DNA from: an archaeon
GTDB taxonomy: Archaea > Undinarchaeota > CAZHTU01 > JBDRCC01
Reading direction: 5' to 3'
Assembly: GCA_043822065.1 (NCBI GenBank)
Contig: JBDRCC010000007.1
Coordinates: 22,539 to 54,538 of the forward strand
DNA: 32,000 nt
The translations under genes were made by a program, and so were the position numbers. Each line of letters opens with the position of its first letter. Position 1 is the first letter of the stretch. Shown here piece after piece: positions 15,257 through 26,036 of this stretch. Under the pieces are notes generated by a model. It saw only the letters and a list, made by a program, of their open reading frames with translations, was not told the origin of the DNA and made no database searches.

Positions 15257-16530
15257 AGGCAGACTTTGAGACAATAAAGGCGAGGCTTCCTCCGAAGATA
15301 CTCTCCCAGGTAGAGGCGCACATAGCCGACAACAAGATTTCAGAGTCCAAGCAGGGTGACATTTACTCAAAAGTCTACGAGCTATACAAGTCATACCGCG
15401 TCCAGCCGGGCGAAGCGGTTGGCACCATTGCTGCCCAGAGCATAGGCGAGCCTGGCACGCAGATGATGATGCGGACGAAGCACTACGCCGGGGTCGCGAT
15501 GGAAGTAACCAGGGGTCTGCCGAGGCTGATTGAGATATTCGATGCGCGCTCGATACCCTCAACGCCGAGCATGGAAATCCACCTCGAACCGGAAATGGCG
15601 AAGAGCGAGGAAAAGGCAAAAGGGTGCGCAAACAAAATAGTCCAATCCTCAGTCAACCAGCTTGCGAAGTCAATAGAGATAGACTTTGGCCAGGCAAGGG
15701 TCGTAGTCAAGTTCGACCAGAACATGCTCAAGGAGCGGGCCATAGATGTCCTCGACACCGTCAAGCACCTCAAGAACGAGCTGAGGCACAAAATCGGGAT
15801 AGAGGGCACCGAGGTTTACGTCCAGGCGAGAAAATCGTCCGCAGCGTCCCTTTATGCGCTCAGGGACAAAGTAAAGAACGCAAGGATTGCGGGCGTATCC
15901 GGAATCGAGCACGCGGTGCTCCAGGAAACCGGCGGCGAATTTATCATCTACACCAGGGGCTCAAACCTGAAGGACATACTAAACCTTGAATTCGTCTTGA
16001 AGGGCACGACAATCACAAACGACCTCTATCAGGTAGAAAAGGTCCTCGGCATTGAGGCGGCAAGGGCCACTATAATAAAAGAGGCGACCGAAACGCTTAG
16101 GGACGCGGGCTTGGTCGTCGACGCCAGGCACATCATGCTAGTCGCAGATGCCATGTGCGCAACAGGCTCTATACAAGCTATTGGAAGGCACGGTGTTTCA
16201 GGCGATAAGGGCTCAGTCCTTGCGAGGGCAAGCTTTGAGGAGACAGTAAAGCACCTGCTACTTGCCAGCATATACGGCGAGTCAGACTATCTTAGGGGAG
16301 TCGTCGAGAACGTCATCGTCGGGCAGGTCGTCCCAGTAGGGACCGGTCTGCCGAAGCTCGTAATGAAGTCGGGCGACGAATCAATCAAGACAATCCAGCC
16401 AGGCAGGCAAGCTCCAGCCCAGGCGCCGGCAGAGGAAGCCCCTCCTGCGGAAGAAGAAAAGCCAGAATCTGGCGAAGAAGAGCCAGAGCAAAAAGCTAAA
16501 AAAGGCAAAGGTACAAAGTCAAAGTCCTGA
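15253..16530 (+). CDS. rpoA2: DNA-directed RNA polymerase subunit A'' (with a low-complexity C-terminal tail)
   Basis: [23 protein letters not shown] (trigger loop), [13 protein letters not shown] and [14 protein letters not shown] overlap with rpoA1. Confidence 0.95.
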   Translation: MKADFETIKARLPPKILSQVEAHIADNKISESKQGDIYSKVYELYKSYRVQPGEAVGTIAAQSIGEPGTQMMMRTKHYAGVAMEVTRGLPRLIEIFDARSIPSTPSMEIHLEPEMAKSEEKAKGCANKIVQSSVNQLAKSIEIDFGQARVVVKFDQNMLKERAIDVLDTVKHLKNELRHKIGIEGTEVYVQARKSSAASLYALRDKVKNARIAGVSGIEHAVLQETGGEFIIYTRGSNLKDILNLEFVLKGTTITNDLYQVEKVLGIEAARATIIKEATETLRDAGLVVDARHIMLVADAMCATGSIQAIGRHGVSGDKGSVLARASFEETVKHLLLASIYGESDYLRGVVENVIVGQVVPVGTGLPKLVMKSGDESIKTIQPGRQAPAQAPAEEAPPAEEEKPESGEEEPEQKAKKGKGTKSKS

Positions 16531-16535
16531 TTCAT

Positions 16536-16838
16536 ATGAACCTAGAAAACGCACTCAGAGCGGTAACGAAGACGGGAAAGGTGCAGATAGGCTCCAGGGC
16601 AGCCCTTAAAAATTCCAGGTCCGGGGCGGGCAAGCTCATAATCCTGTCGCAGAACTGCGTAACTGAGACATTCTTCGGAGTGAAGCAGAACGCAGAGCTG
16701 ACCAAGGTTCCAGTCTTCGTTTTCGAGGGTACGAGCAACGACCTGGGGACAGCATGCAAGAAGCCATTCCCGATTTCGGCTATAACCATCTTCGAGTCTG
16801 GCGATTCTGACATACTGGACCTTCTGAAGAAAAAATGA
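16536..16838 (+). CDS. rpl30e: 50S ribosomal protein L30e
   Basis: 100 aa with LRAVTKTGKVQIGSRAALKNSRSGAGKLIILSQNC and GTSNDLGTACKKPF. It sits in the conserved position after rpoA2. Confidence 0.9.
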   Translation: MNLENALRAVTKTGKVQIGSRAALKNSRSGAGKLIILSQNCVTETFFGVKQNAELTKVPVFVFEGTSNDLGTACKKPFPISAITIFESGDSDILDLLKKK

Positions 16839-17260
16839 CGATAACCCTAGACAAGGCGACGATTGAGTGCATAGGCCTTTTTCAGGGCATAACAACGGCA
16901 GCGGTCAGGGACTGCATCCTTGAGCCGACCCGCGCAGTCTATGTCGTCGAGGAAGGGCAGATTGGTTCGGCAATCGGCAGGGACGGCGCAAACATCCATG
17001 CCGTCAGGTCAAGGGTCGGAAAAAGCGTCAAAGTTTACGAGTACAGCCCGGACCCAAAGAGGTTTATAGTGAACCTCCTTGACGGAGTCGAGCCGTATGA
17101 GATAACTATAAAAAACAACACGGCGTACATCACGATCTCAGCCGAGGACAAGGGGCGCGTTGTCGGAAAGGACGGAAAGAATATAAAGTCGCTCACAAAA
17201 ATCCTTGAGCGCCAACACAACATAAGCAGCATAACAGTCAAGACAAAAACAGAGATATAA
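16835..17260 (+). CDS. nusA: Archaeal NusA-like transcription termination/antitermination protein (KH domains)
   Basis: 141 aa with two KH-like GxxG segments ([16 protein letters not shown]). Conserved position between L30e and S12. Confidence 0.85.
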   Translation: MTITLDKATIECIGLFQGITTAAVRDCILEPTRAVYVVEEGQIGSAIGRDGANIHAVRSRVGKSVKVYEYSPDPKRFIVNLLDGVEPYEITIKNNTAYITISAEDKGRVVGKDGKNIKSLTKILERQHNISSITVKTKTEI

Positions 17261-17697
17261 TGGCAAAGAAATCAAGAGGGCTCTTCGCAGCAAGGAAGCT
17301 TGAAAGCAGGCGGAAGAAGTTCAAAAACTCTGACAAGGACTGGAAGGTCCGGGCGCTAGGCATTAGAATGAAGTATGCCCCCCTCAAGGGCGCGCCAATG
17401 GGCAGGGGAATAGTCATCGAGAAAGTAGGCCTTGAGGCAAAGCAGCCGAACTCCGCAATCCGCAAATGCGTAAAGATCCAGCTAATCGCCTCCGGCAGGC
17501 AGGTAACTGCGTTTGCCCCGGGCGTTGGCGCGATAAACTTCATAGATGAGCACGACGAAGTCGAAATCGATGGAATTGCCGGCGCAATGGGCAGGTCCAT
17601 GGGCGACATACCGGGAGTCCGCTTCAAGGTCACAGCTGTAAACGGCGTATCCCTTAGGGAGCTCGTCAGGGGCAGGAAGGAGAAGGCCAGAAGGTAA
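17260..17697 (+). CDS. rps12: 30S ribosomal protein S12
   Basis: [15 protein letters not shown] and [16 protein letters not shown]. Confidence 0.95.
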   Translation: MAKKSRGLFAARKLESRRKKFKNSDKDWKVRALGIRMKYAPLKGAPMGRGIVIEKVGLEAKQPNSAIRKCVKIQLIASGRQVTAFAPGVGAINFIDEHDEVEIDGIAGAMGRSMGDIPGVRFKVTAVNGVSLRELVRGRKEKARR

Positions 17698-17699
17698 AG

Positions 17700-18302
17700 A
17701 TGATAGTCAAAATATTCAACAAGTGGGAAACGACCGGGATAGAGTTCAGGGACCCGGGGATAAAGGAGTATATTTCGCTTTCTGCAGTTATTGCCCCCAC
17801 TTCCGGCGGAAGGCACGCAAAGACCCAGTTCTGGAAGGCCAAGATGTCAATCGTCGAGCGGCTAGTGAACAAGCTTACAGTCACCGGCCACCTGAAAGAG
17901 GGCAGGGTCCACAAGCGCACTTCAGGCAGGGACACTGGAAAGAAAATCACAAGCTACAACTCAGTCAAGGGCGCATTTGAGGCCATAGAGGCAAAGACGA
18001 AGGAGAACCCAATCCAGGTTCTAATCCGGGCGATAGAGAATGCAGCCCCCATAGAGGAGACAACCGCGTTCAGGCAGGGCGGAATAATCGCAAGGAAAGC
18101 AGTCGACCTCGCCCCCTCGCGCAGGCTTGACCTCTCGCTTAGATTCATATCCCACGGCGCAGGCCAGAGGGCGTTCAGATCCAAGGCCACCCTCTCCGAG
18201 GCGCTCGCCGCAGAGCTAATCTCCGCAGCAAACAACGATAACAAGACCTATTCAATACAAAAGAAAGAAGAGACCGAGCGCGTTGCAGTAGGCGCAAGGT
18301 AG
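17700..18302 (+). CDS. rps7: 30S ribosomal protein S7
   Basis: 200 aa with IVERLVNKL, AIENAAPIEE and typical S7/S5e organisation. Conserved position. Confidence 0.9.
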   Translation: MIVKIFNKWETTGIEFRDPGIKEYISLSAVIAPTSGGRHAKTQFWKAKMSIVERLVNKLTVTGHLKEGRVHKRTSGRDTGKKITSYNSVKGAFEAIEAKTKENPIQVLIRAIENAAPIEETTAFRQGGIIARKAVDLAPSRRLDLSLRFISHGAGQRAFRSKATLSEALAAELISAANNDNKTYSIQKKEETERVAVGAR

Positions 18303-18368
18303 GGCTAATTCCGTCCGACTAAATCTTTAAAAACTAAACCCCCATATCTATCGTTGCCTTCGAGAAAC

Positions 18369-18376
18369 TATATAAA
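18369..18376 (+). promoter_or_regulatory. TATA box (TATATAAA) upstream of aEF-2
   Basis: Located in the 138-nt S7-EF2 spacer. It implies an internal promoter and a 5' UTR of about 40 nt. Confidence 0.45.
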
Positions 18377-18440
18377 GAAGGGGAAATAATCTGTCGAATA
18401 TCCTGGTTTAGCAGGCTATTTTAGGTTATACCGGAATACA

Positions 18441-20621
18441 ATGGGACGACGTGAACAAATGATTGCGGACGCGGCGAAAATGAGCCGCGACCCGCTGCAC
18501 ATAAGGAACATTGGGATAGTGGCACACATCGACCACGGCAAGACCACCTTATCTGATTCGCTCATAGCGGGTGCAGGCCTGATGTCCGAGGGGCTTGCGG
18601 GCAGGCAGCTCGTCATGGACTCATATGACCTCGAGCAGCAGAGGGGAATCACAATATTCGCCGGCGTGGCATCCATGGTCCACGAGTTTAAGGGCCAGAA
18701 ATACCTTGTAAACCTCGCCGACACCCCCGGGCACGTCGACTTTGGCGCTGAAGTAGTCAGGTCGATGCGGGCAGTCGACGGAGTCATTGTAGTCGCATGC
18801 GCGGTCGAAGGCGTGATGCCGCAGACCGAAACCGTCATCCGCCAGGCTCTCGAAGAGAGGGCAAGGCCGCTCCTTTTCATAAACAAAGTTGACCGGCTCC
18901 TGAACGAGCTCAAGCTCACTCCGGAGGAGCTCCAGAACCGGTTCCTGAAGACAATCAACGAGGTCAACAAGCTTATCCGGAGCATGGCTCCAGACGACCT
19001 CAAGGAGAAATGGCAGGTCAACGTAAACGATGGCTCCGTCGCGTTCGGCTCGGCTTACCACACCTGGGCGCTGAACGTCCCGGTAATGAAAGAGAAGAAA
19101 ATCACATTCAAGGACATAATCGACACTTACTCCAAGCACGGCTCAAACCTCGAAGCCGCCGCCGAGGAGCTGTCCAAAAAGGCCCCATCCTACCAGGTTC
19201 TCCTTGACATGGTCGTAACGCATCTTCCAAATCCACTCGTCGCCCAGAAGTACCGGATTCCAAAAATCTGGAGCGGGGACATATCCTCTGAACTCGGGAA
19301 GAGCCTTGTAAACTGCAATGCAGACGGCCCGCTCGCATTCATGGTAACGAAAGTCAATGTCGACCCGCAGGCTGGCGAGGTCGCCACAGGGCGCCTTTTT
19401 TCAGGGACTATCAAGCCTGGAATGGACATAAAATATGTCACTGGGAAGTCAACAGGCAGGACCCAGCAGATAAGCCTCATGATTGCAAACGAGAGGTACA
19501 ACGTCGATGAGGTCTCAGCAGGCAACCTCGTAACCGTATCAGGCCTCAAGAATGCAATCTCCGGCGAGACCATCTGCGAGGTAGGCACCGAGATGGAGCC
19601 GTTCGAGTCCATCCACCTCTCTGAGCCGGTCATTTCCAAGGCCGTCGAAGCGAAGAACACGAAGGACCTGCCAAAGCTCATCCAAGTCTTAAGGGACCTT
19701 GAGAAAGAGGACCCCTCAATGAAGATTCAGATAAATGACGAGACCGGCGAGCACATAATCTCCGGCATGGGGGAGCTCCACCTCGAAATCATCGAGCACA
19801 GGATAACAAAGGACAGGGGCGTCCAGATTATCACCTCCCCTCCAATCGTCGTTTACCGGGAGACTGTCGCAAAGGGCGCAGGCCCGATTGAGGGCAAGTC
19901 CCCGAACAAGCACAACAAATTCCTTATCGAGGTCATGCCCGTCGAGGAGAGCATAATAAAAGCCATTGACTCCGGCGAGCTGGACCTCACCCGGCTCAAG
20001 GGCAAGGAGCTCGCTACCTCCCTGATACAGTTCGGGATGGAGAGGGACGAGGCAAAGAGGGTTAAGGCGATACACGGGACCAACATACTCGTAGACGCGT
20101 CGAAGGGAGTTCAGAACCTCTTTGAGACAATGGAGCTGGTAGTCCAGGCATTTGAGGAGGCAATGGACTCAGGTCCGCTTGCAAGGGAGAAAGCGGCACG
20201 AGTTAAGGTAAGGCTTACCGATGCGTCCCTCCACGAGGACACAATCCACAGGGGTCCGGGGCAGGTAATCCCGGCAGTAAAGGACGCTATATACTCAGCA
20301 ATGCTGCAGGCAGCTGCCGGCCTCATAGAGCCGAAGCAGAAGATTTATATCCGCGTCCCGCAGGACTACATGGGTGCGGTTACCCGCGAGCTGCAGTCTA
20401 GGCGCGGGCAGATACTTGACATGAACCAGGAAGGGGATTTATCGATCATTGAAGCTAAGGCCCCAGTTGCCGAGATGCTCGGATTCGCGTCAGCGATCCG
20501 CTCGGCGGCAGAGGGCAGGGTTCTTTGGAGCACTGAAAACGCAGGTTTTGAGCTGCTTCCGAGAGAGCTTCAAGATGACGTTGTCCGGAAAATCCGGCAG
20601 CGTAAAGGTATAGGAGGTTAA
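18441..20621 (+). CDS. fusA: Elongation factor 2 (aEF-2)
   Basis: [30 protein letters not shown], and the diphthamide-region [11 protein letters not shown]. Confidence 0.95.
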   Translation: MGRREQMIADAAKMSRDPLHIRNIGIVAHIDHGKTTLSDSLIAGAGLMSEGLAGRQLVMDSYDLEQQRGITIFAGVASMVHEFKGQKYLVNLADTPGHVDFGAEVVRSMRAVDGVIVVACAVEGVMPQTETVIRQALEERARPLLFINKVDRLLNELKLTPEELQNRFLKTINEVNKLIRSMAPDDLKEKWQVNVNDGSVAFGSAYHTWALNVPVMKEKKITFKDIIDTYSKHGSNLEAAAEELSKKAPSYQVLLDMVVTHLPNPLVAQKYRIPKIWSGDISSELGKSLVNCNADGPLAFMVTKVNVDPQAGEVATGRLFSGTIKPGMDIKYVTGKSTGRTQQISLMIANERYNVDEVSAGNLVTVSGLKNAISGETICEVGTEMEPFESIHLSEPVISKAVEAKNTKDLPKLIQVLRDLEKEDPSMKIQINDETGEHIISGMGELHLEIIEHRITKDRGVQIITSPPIVVYRETVAKGAGPIEGKSPNKHNKFLIEVMPVEESIIKAIDSGELDLTRLKGKELATSLIQFGMERDEAKRVKAIHGTNILVDASKGVQNLFETMELVVQAFEEAMDSGPLAREKAARVKVRLTDASLHEDTIHRGPGQVIPAVKDAIYSAMLQAAAGLIEPKQKIYIRVPQDYMGAVTRELQSRRGQILDMNQEGDLSIIEAKAPVAEMLGFASAIRSAAEGRVLWSTENAGFELLPRELQDDVVRKIRQRKGIGG

Positions 20622-20626
20622 GACAC

Positions 20627-21907
20627 ATGGCGACCAACAAGCCACACATGAACTTGGTCTTCATCGGACACGTAGACCACGGGAAATCCACCACAGTCGG
20701 GAGGATTCTCTTCGAAAAGGGAGTCATCTCAGAACAGGTGATTAAGAAATACGAAGACGAGGCTGCGAAGTCCGGTAAGGCAACGTTCAAGTTCGCGTGG
20801 GTAATGGATGCTATGAAAGAGGAACGTGAGCGGGGTCTTACAATAGACATCGCGCACAGGAGATTCGACACGGACAAGTACTACTTTACCGTCATCGACG
20901 CTCCCGGCCACAGGGATTTCGTGAAGAACATGATCACGGGCACCTCGCAGGCCGACGCAGCTGTCCTTGTCATCGCCGCAAACGACGGTGTCATGGAACA
21001 GACGAAGGAGCACGCATGGCTCGCCAGGACTCTTGGGATACAGCAGCTGATAGTTGCTATGAACAAGATGGACACGGTGAACTTTGACGAAAAGGTGTAC
21101 AACGACCGCAAGAAGGAAATAGAGAGCCTCCTCAAACCGATTGGCTACAAGATGGAGAATGTCCCCGTCGTGCCGATAGCCAGCTATGCAACAGCCGAGA
21201 ACCTTACTCAGAAGGCTGGCGCAAAGATGGGCTGGTACAAGGGTCCATCCATCATTGAGGCGCTCGATGCGCTTAAGGAGCCGCCCAAGGCGACAGACAA
21301 GCCGCTCAGGCTGCCCCTCCAGGACGTCTACTCCATAACCGGAGTCGGCACAGTCCCGGTAGGCAGGGTTGAGACCGGCGTAATCAAGCCCGGCATGAAG
21401 ATTGCCTTCGAGCCGGCGGGCGTGACTGGCGAGGTCAAGACCGTGGAAATGCACCACGAGCAGCTCTCGCAGGCAGGTCCGGGCGACAACGTAGGCTTCA
21501 ACGTAAGGGGCGTCGGCAAAGACGACATCCGCAGAGGAGACGTCGTCGGGCCGGCAGAAAACCCGCCAACGGTTGTAGAGGAGTTTACGGCGCAGATAGT
21601 TGTTTTAAAGCACCCGTCTGCAATAACCGTAGGCTACACTCCTGTGTTCCACGCACACACGACACAGTGCGCGTGCACCTTTACTGAACTGACAAAGAAA
21701 ATTGACCCGAAGAGCGGCCAAGCGGTTGCGGAGAACCCGGACTTCATAAAGACCGGCGACGCTGCAATCGTCAAGCTGAAGCCATTACAGCCACTCGTGC
21801 TGGAAAAGGCTTCTGACTTCCCGCCACTCGGAAGGTTTGCAGTCAGGGATTCGGGTGCAACTGTCGCAGCCGGTGTTGTGCTGGACATAGTCCCGAAGAA
21901 GAAATAG
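20627..21907 (+). CDS. tuf: Elongation factor 1-alpha (aEF-1alpha)
   Basis: [24 protein letters not shown] and NKMD. GGAGGT lies 8 nt upstream. Confidence 0.95.
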   Translation: MATNKPHMNLVFIGHVDHGKSTTVGRILFEKGVISEQVIKKYEDEAAKSGKATFKFAWVMDAMKEERERGLTIDIAHRRFDTDKYYFTVIDAPGHRDFVKNMITGTSQADAAVLVIAANDGVMEQTKEHAWLARTLGIQQLIVAMNKMDTVNFDEKVYNDRKKEIESLLKPIGYKMENVPVVPIASYATAENLTQKAGAKMGWYKGPSIIEALDALKEPPKATDKPLRLPLQDVYSITGVGTVPVGRVETGVIKPGMKIAFEPAGVTGEVKTVEMHHEQLSQAGPGDNVGFNVRGVGKDDIRRGDVVGPAENPPTVVEEFTAQIVVLKHPSAITVGYTPVFHAHTTQCACTFTELTKKIDPKSGQAVAENPDFIKTGDAAIVKLKPLQPLVLEKASDFPPLGRFAVRDSGATVAAGVVLDIVPKKK

Positions 21908-21961
21908 GAAATAGCATCCAGAAGCAGCCATAAGGCTGCTTCCTGGAACATTTAGAAGAAC

Positions 21962-22270
21962 ATGTCAACAGCTCGAATAAGGCTGATAAGCACGAACCTG
22001 GACAGCTTAGCCAGCATTTGTGCCGAAATCGGCGACATAGCGAAGCGGACATCGACCAAACTGAAGGGTCCAATCCCACTTCCGACAAAGAAGATGCGGG
22101 TTACCACGCGCAAGTCTGTTTCAGGCGACGGCACGGCAACTTTTGACCGCTGGGAAATGCGAATCCACAAGCGGCTCATAGACATCGAGACTACCGAGCG
22201 CGCCATGAGGCAGATAATGCGCATTCAGGTTCCGGAAGACGTCCAGATTGAGATAGAAGTCCCGACTTAG
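21962..22270 (+). CDS. rps10: 30S ribosomal protein S10
   Basis: 102 aa with [22 protein letters not shown] and HKRLIDI. Confidence 0.9.
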   Translation: MSTARIRLISTNLDSLASICAEIGDIAKRTSTKLKGPIPLPTKKMRVTTRKSVSGDGTATFDRWEMRIHKRLIDIETTERAMRQIMRIQVPEDVQIEIEVPT

Positions 22271-22320
22271 GGAGTAGTTTCTCGATAATTATTAAACCGA
22301 GCCAGCAATAGCTTTTTTTG

Positions 22321-23100
22321 ATGAAGACATCCATCCTAATTACCAACGACGACGGCCCGAACTCGCCCTTTCTCGCCCCCCTTGCGAGCGAACTATCCTC
22401 GCTTGGCAACATTACAGTCTGCGTTCCCGCGGTCCAGCAGTCCGCAATAGGCACCGCGTTCTCCGCCCAGTACCCAATCTCCTACTATGAGGAGCAGCTC
22501 AACGGCGGCAAGATGTACATCGTCTCAGGCTCGCCAATCGACTGTTTCAGGATGGCGTACCACAACCTCGTCGGAAAGCGCCCGGACATTGTCGTCAGCG
22601 GGATAAACCTCGGGGAGAACCTTTCCTTGATTTCAACAGCATCTTCCGGCACCCTTGGCGTCGTCAGCTATGCGGCAATGCACGGAATCTCGGGAATCGC
22701 ATTCAGCCAGGAGGTCAGGCTCGAGGCCCTGAAGTACCACCGCGGCAGCATAGACCTTCCTGCGTCAATCCCCTCCAAACTGGCAAAGCGGATGGTGTCT
22801 GCCATTCTTAAGAAGGGAATGCCGGAGGGCGCCGACTTCCTGAACGTTAATTTTCCAGCCGGCGTGAAAATGTCAACCCCAATAAAGATAACGCCCTTAT
22901 CTAAAGCATACTACAAGGACGCGTTGGATCCGAGGAAGGACCCCCACGGCAGGCTTTACTACTGGAACGCAGGCAAGCCAGTGCTCAAGGGCGCCAAAGG
23001 GACGGACACATATGAGCTGAAAAGCGGATTTGTCTCGGTTACGCCAATAGCCCTGCCACACAGCCCGAAAACTCAGCTTCTTCCAGATTTTTTTAGGTAA
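22321..23100 (+). CDS. surE: 5'/3'-nucleotidase SurE
   Basis: MKTSILITNDDGPNSPFL and VVSGINLGENL are SurE signatures. ATG 22321 is preferred over the track's TTG 22318. Confidence 0.8.
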   Translation: MKTSILITNDDGPNSPFLAPLASELSSLGNITVCVPAVQQSAIGTAFSAQYPISYYEEQLNGGKMYIVSGSPIDCFRMAYHNLVGKRPDIVVSGINLGENLSLISTASSGTLGVVSYAAMHGISGIAFSQEVRLEALKYHRGSIDLPASIPSKLAKRMVSAILKKGMPEGADFLNVNFPAGVKMSTPIKITPLSKAYYKDALDPRKDPHGRLYYWNAGKPVLKGAKGTDTYELKSGFVSVTPIALPHSPKTQLLPDFFR

Positions 23101-23171
23101 ACGCCGGAAAATATCCCCTGCGCGCCTATGAGTTAATGATTTAAATCACCTGCACATTTATTGCACTCCTA

Positions 23172-23708
23172 ATGCCGTTAAGCAACAACCAGATACTTGG
23201 CGTAGTCATATCGGTTGTAGTATTCACCCTCGTTGCCCATACCTTCTACCCGCGGCTTTTTCTTTTCACTGCTTTTGTCGCCCTTGGGCTGATAAGCAAG
23301 TACTATAAGGCGCTTTACGCAGTCTCCTTCCTCATAGTTGACCTGACTGACCTTTTTGTTTACCTGACATTCTACAAGCTGGGGCCAAGCTACGCTTTCA
23401 TGATTGCCCCAATATTCGCCTACACCTATCTTGCGATGGGATGGGCTGGAAACGAGGGGCCGACCGACGCAACCGCCAGGCTAATCGGAATACTCATCTC
23501 AACCCTCCTCCTGTTCCAGCTTGGGGTGATGTTTCCGCCCATGATGGCGATAGTGATATACGTCACAGTCGCAGGCTTCATCTGGGGGATGCTGCAGATG
23601 CTGGTTTTTCACATACCCAATCCCATATACTTCCCCATCGCCCTATGCCGGGGCGTCCTTTACTACAAGCTCCTTCCATATTTTATGCCCCTCCTCGGGT
23701 TAGGCTAA
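23172..23708 (+). CDS. Membrane protein, unknown family (tandem paralog A)
   Basis: 178 aa with about 5 TM segments. It shares MPLS-N, GLISKYYKA-YAVSFLI-DLTD, YKLG--YAF, GNEGPTD and MLQML-FH with the next gene. Confidence 0.6.
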   Translation: MPLSNNQILGVVISVVVFTLVAHTFYPRLFLFTAFVALGLISKYYKALYAVSFLIVDLTDLFVYLTFYKLGPSYAFMIAPIFAYTYLAMGWAGNEGPTDATARLIGILISTLLLFQLGVMFPPMMAIVIYVTVAGFIWGMLQMLVFHIPNPIYFPIALCRGVLYYKLLPYFMPLLGLG

Positions 23709-23755
23709 AACCCCGAAAGTTAAGGATTTAAAGCGGACCGTACTCTAGTGGATAG

Positions 23756-24304
23756 ATGCCGCTCAGCAAAAACAAGATAGTGGGGGCTGCCATAACTCTT
23801 AGCCTATTGACCGTACTAACCAACACCTACTATCCAAAGCTTTTCTACTTCCTGGTGTTCGCAAGCATCGGCCTCATCTCGAAGTACTACAAGGCGGTTT
23901 ACGCAGTCTCTTTCCTGATAATCGACCTGACGGATTTTTTTGTAATCCTCGCCTTCTACAAGCTCGGCTCTACCTACGCGTTCGCGCTCGTGCCGATTTT
24001 TGCCTATTTTTACCTTGTAACTGGATTGTACGGCAATGAGGGCCCAACGGACTGCACCTCTAGATTCATAGGGCATTTGCTCAACACCCTCCTGTTGTTT
24101 TACACTGCCGCCGTGTACCCTCCTGCGACTGTCTTTTTCATCTATATACTATTGGCCGGCCTAATCTGGGGTACAAACCAGATGCTGATGTTCCACATAA
24201 TAAACCCAGTCTACTACCCCATAGCTATCTGCCGCGCAGCGCTCTACTGGCGGGTTCTGCCATACCTCCTTCCGCTTATCGGTTTAGCGACTATCCCCCC
24301 TTAG
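23756..24304 (+). CDS. Membrane protein, unknown family (tandem paralog B)
   Basis: 182 aa, collinear with 23172-23708. Roughly half the positions are identical by eye. It has its own TATA-like box (GATTTAAAG). Confidence 0.6.
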   Translation: MPLSKNKIVGAAITLSLLTVLTNTYYPKLFYFLVFASIGLISKYYKAVYAVSFLIIDLTDFFVILAFYKLGSTYAFALVPIFAYFYLVTGLYGNEGPTDCTSRFIGHLLNTLLLFYTAAVYPPATVFFIYILLAGLIWGTNQMLMFHIINPVYYPIAICRAALYWRVLPYLLPLIGLATIPP

Positions 24305-24353
24305 CCCCGCAACTGCATAAAGCATATAAAGATTTCCCGGCTATACTCCGGAT

Positions 24354-24938
24354 ATGAAACTCAGTGAAAGGTTGGCACATTACCTTCCGAACGACTGGAA
24401 GATATACGCGTTCACAGCCGTGGCTCTCCTCTCGCTTGGGCTATACTTCGTAATACTCGGGCTTATACAGTTTGCAGGCACGCTAAAGCTCATTTTCCTT
24501 TTCATCTCGCTCACAATCCTCATCATAATAATGCGGTTTCCCGAGAGGATATCCGAAGTGGGCGGGACGGACATAGAGCTCGTCCTGATAGCATTCATGG
24601 GCGCATTCTACGGCCCGACAATAGGCGGGGCGTTCGGCTTCCTGTCGACCGCAGTTTCCGAATACTTCACTGCGAACACGCCGCAGTACCGGATAGCCGA
24701 GACTATAGCACACACGATAGTCGGGATAGTCGCCGGGCTTTGGCTCACCCTGACTCCAGAGAACTACATGTTCGTCCTGATGGTTTTTGTCGTCGTTTCC
24801 CATGTAATCTCCCGCCCGATTTGCATCGCAATCGGCTGCCCGTTTGTCCCTCAGGTCGGCTACATGTTCGTCAACATCCTCTGGTCCTACGTCATAATCC
24901 GCCAGTTCGGGCTTTACCTCTTCAGCATATTCGCGTGA
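24354..24938 (+). CDS. Membrane protein, unknown function
   Basis: 194 aa with about 5-6 TM segments and a Gly-rich segment FMGAFYGPTIGGAFGFL. It may be distantly related to the two upstream genes (weak). Confidence 0.5.
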   Translation: MKLSERLAHYLPNDWKIYAFTAVALLSLGLYFVILGLIQFAGTLKLIFLFISLTILIIIMRFPERISEVGGTDIELVLIAFMGAFYGPTIGGAFGFLSTAVSEYFTANTPQYRIAETIAHTIVGIVAGLWLTLTPENYMFVLMVFVVVSHVISRPICIAIGCPFVPQVGYMFVNILWSYVIIRQFGLYLFSIFA

Positions 24939-24943
24939 GCCAA

Positions 24944-25273
24944 ATGGAAACAATAAGCTACTCAGACTTCAAAAAAATGGAGCTCAGGGTAGGGAAAATC
25001 CTCCTGGTCTCCCGCGTCGAGGGCGCAGACAAGCTCTACAAACTGAAGGTAGACATAGGCCGGGGTGAGCCAATATCGCTGGTCACCGGGCTTGTGCCAT
25101 ACTACTCTGAAGACAAGCTCCTTGGGAAAGAGATTGTAGTTCTCGTCAACCTAGAGCCGAAGAAGCTCAAGGGCGAAGTGTCCAACGGAATGCTCCTATG
25201 CGCCGAGGACGGCGGCAAGGTCGCGCTGCTGAAGCCCGACTTTGGCGTCTCACCCGGCTCAGTTGTGGACTGA
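24944..25273 (+). CDS. tRNA-binding domain protein (Trbp111/CsaA-like OB fold)
   Basis: METISYSDFKKMELRVGKILLVSRVEGADKLYKLKVDIG...IVVLVNLEPKKLKGEVSNGMLLCAED matches the EMAP/Trbp111/MetRS C-terminal domain pattern. The track ORF start at 24740 overlaps the previous gene, so ATG 24944 is used. Confidence 0.8.
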   Translation: METISYSDFKKMELRVGKILLVSRVEGADKLYKLKVDIGRGEPISLVTGLVPYYSEDKLLGKEIVVLVNLEPKKLKGEVSNGMLLCAEDGGKVALLKPDFGVSPGSVVD

Positions 25274-25316
25274 GAAAAGTTTTAAACAAACACCCACTAT
25301 ACTTTAACTACCTCAT

Positions 25317-25404
25317 GCCGAGGTGGCAGAATCTGGCTAATGCGCTGGTCTTGAGAACCAGTGGGCCTTTCGGGTCCGTATGAGTTCAAATCTCATCCTC
25401 GGCG
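25317..25404 (+). tRNA. tRNA-Ser (TGA)
   Basis: Acceptor GCCGAGG/CCTCGGC, anticodon stem CTGGT/ACCAG with loop CTTGAGA, a long variable arm (GGGCC-TTTC-GGGTCC) and T-arm ATGAG-TTCAAAT-CTCAT. Confidence 0.9.
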
Positions 25405-25430
25405 CTTTTCATTCAGAATCAATCCTAAGG

Positions 25431-25438
25431 TATATATA
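25431..25438 (+). promoter_or_regulatory. TATA box (TATATATA) for the 25461 gene
   Basis: Centred about 26 nt upstream of ATG 25461. Confidence 0.5.
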
Positions 25439-25460
25439 TCGCGCGCATTTACACAGGGGC

Positions 25461-26036
25461 ATGGGGATACTAAAAGAGGCGCGTTTTGAAAAATCACTTC
25501 ATGAGACGGAAAAAATACTGTACGCCATTGTACCGTCGCTTTTGAGCAGTCCACACATATGGTTGGGCGTTTTCCTGTTCTTCTACGGCATACTCTTAGG
25601 TTCTTTTATTTCAGGAGCAGGCATCTTCTTTCTCATTCTCAGTATCCTGATGATACAATGGGGATATGTCAAAATAAAAAGGACAACATACTACATCACA
25701 AACGTGCGGGTAGTTATGGAGTTGCCATTTTTTAATTATCACGTGATGGACATAACCTACGACAAAATCACAGATGTCCAAGCACGCCAAAGCTTTTTAG
25801 AGCGCATCCTTGACTATGGTCACGTAATCATCAACACAGCAGGCACCCCTCTTTCTGAACTCAAGATTATGGGGGTTAGAAACTATGCTGAGCTGGGTGA
25901 GGCGATAAATGGCTGCCGCGCAAAAAAATCCACAACAACGGAAGAATCCCCCTTGGCTATCCTAAAGAAAAGGTTTGCCAGAGGCGAGATAAATGAAGAC
26001 GAATTTTTGAAAAAGAAGCGACTCTTGGCAGAATAG
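25461..26036 (+). CDS. Membrane-anchored bacterial-type PH domain (YdbS/bPH_2-like) protein with C-terminal SHOCT motif
   Basis: Two TM segments, then YYITNVRVVME...ITDVQARQSFLERILDYGHVIINTAG (bPH_2 pattern). The C-terminus LAILKKRFARGEINEDEFLKKKRLL is SHOCT-like. The track start at 25380 lies inside tRNA-Ser. Confidence 0.65.
   Translation: MGILKEARFEKSLHETEKILYAIVPSLLSSPHIWLGVFLFFYGILLGSFISGAGIFFLILSILMIQWGYVKIKRTTYYITNVRVVMELPFFNYHVMDITYDKITDVQARQSFLERILDYGHVIINTAGTPLSELKIMGVRNYAELGEAINGCRAKKSTTTEESPLAILKKRFARGEINEDEFLKKKRLLAE

Noticed and set aside
9899-21457. Long antisense ORFs inside rpoB, rpoA, S12/S7, EF-2 and EF-1alpha (for example 9899-10447, 11731-12342, 14470-15051, 17238-17816, 18416-19021, 20729-21457, all on the - strand)
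   Set aside because: They lie opposite highly conserved genes. Their composition is biased (Ser/Arg/Pro/Leu-rich) with no recognisable motifs. These are typical shadow ORFs in moderately GC-rich coding DNA.
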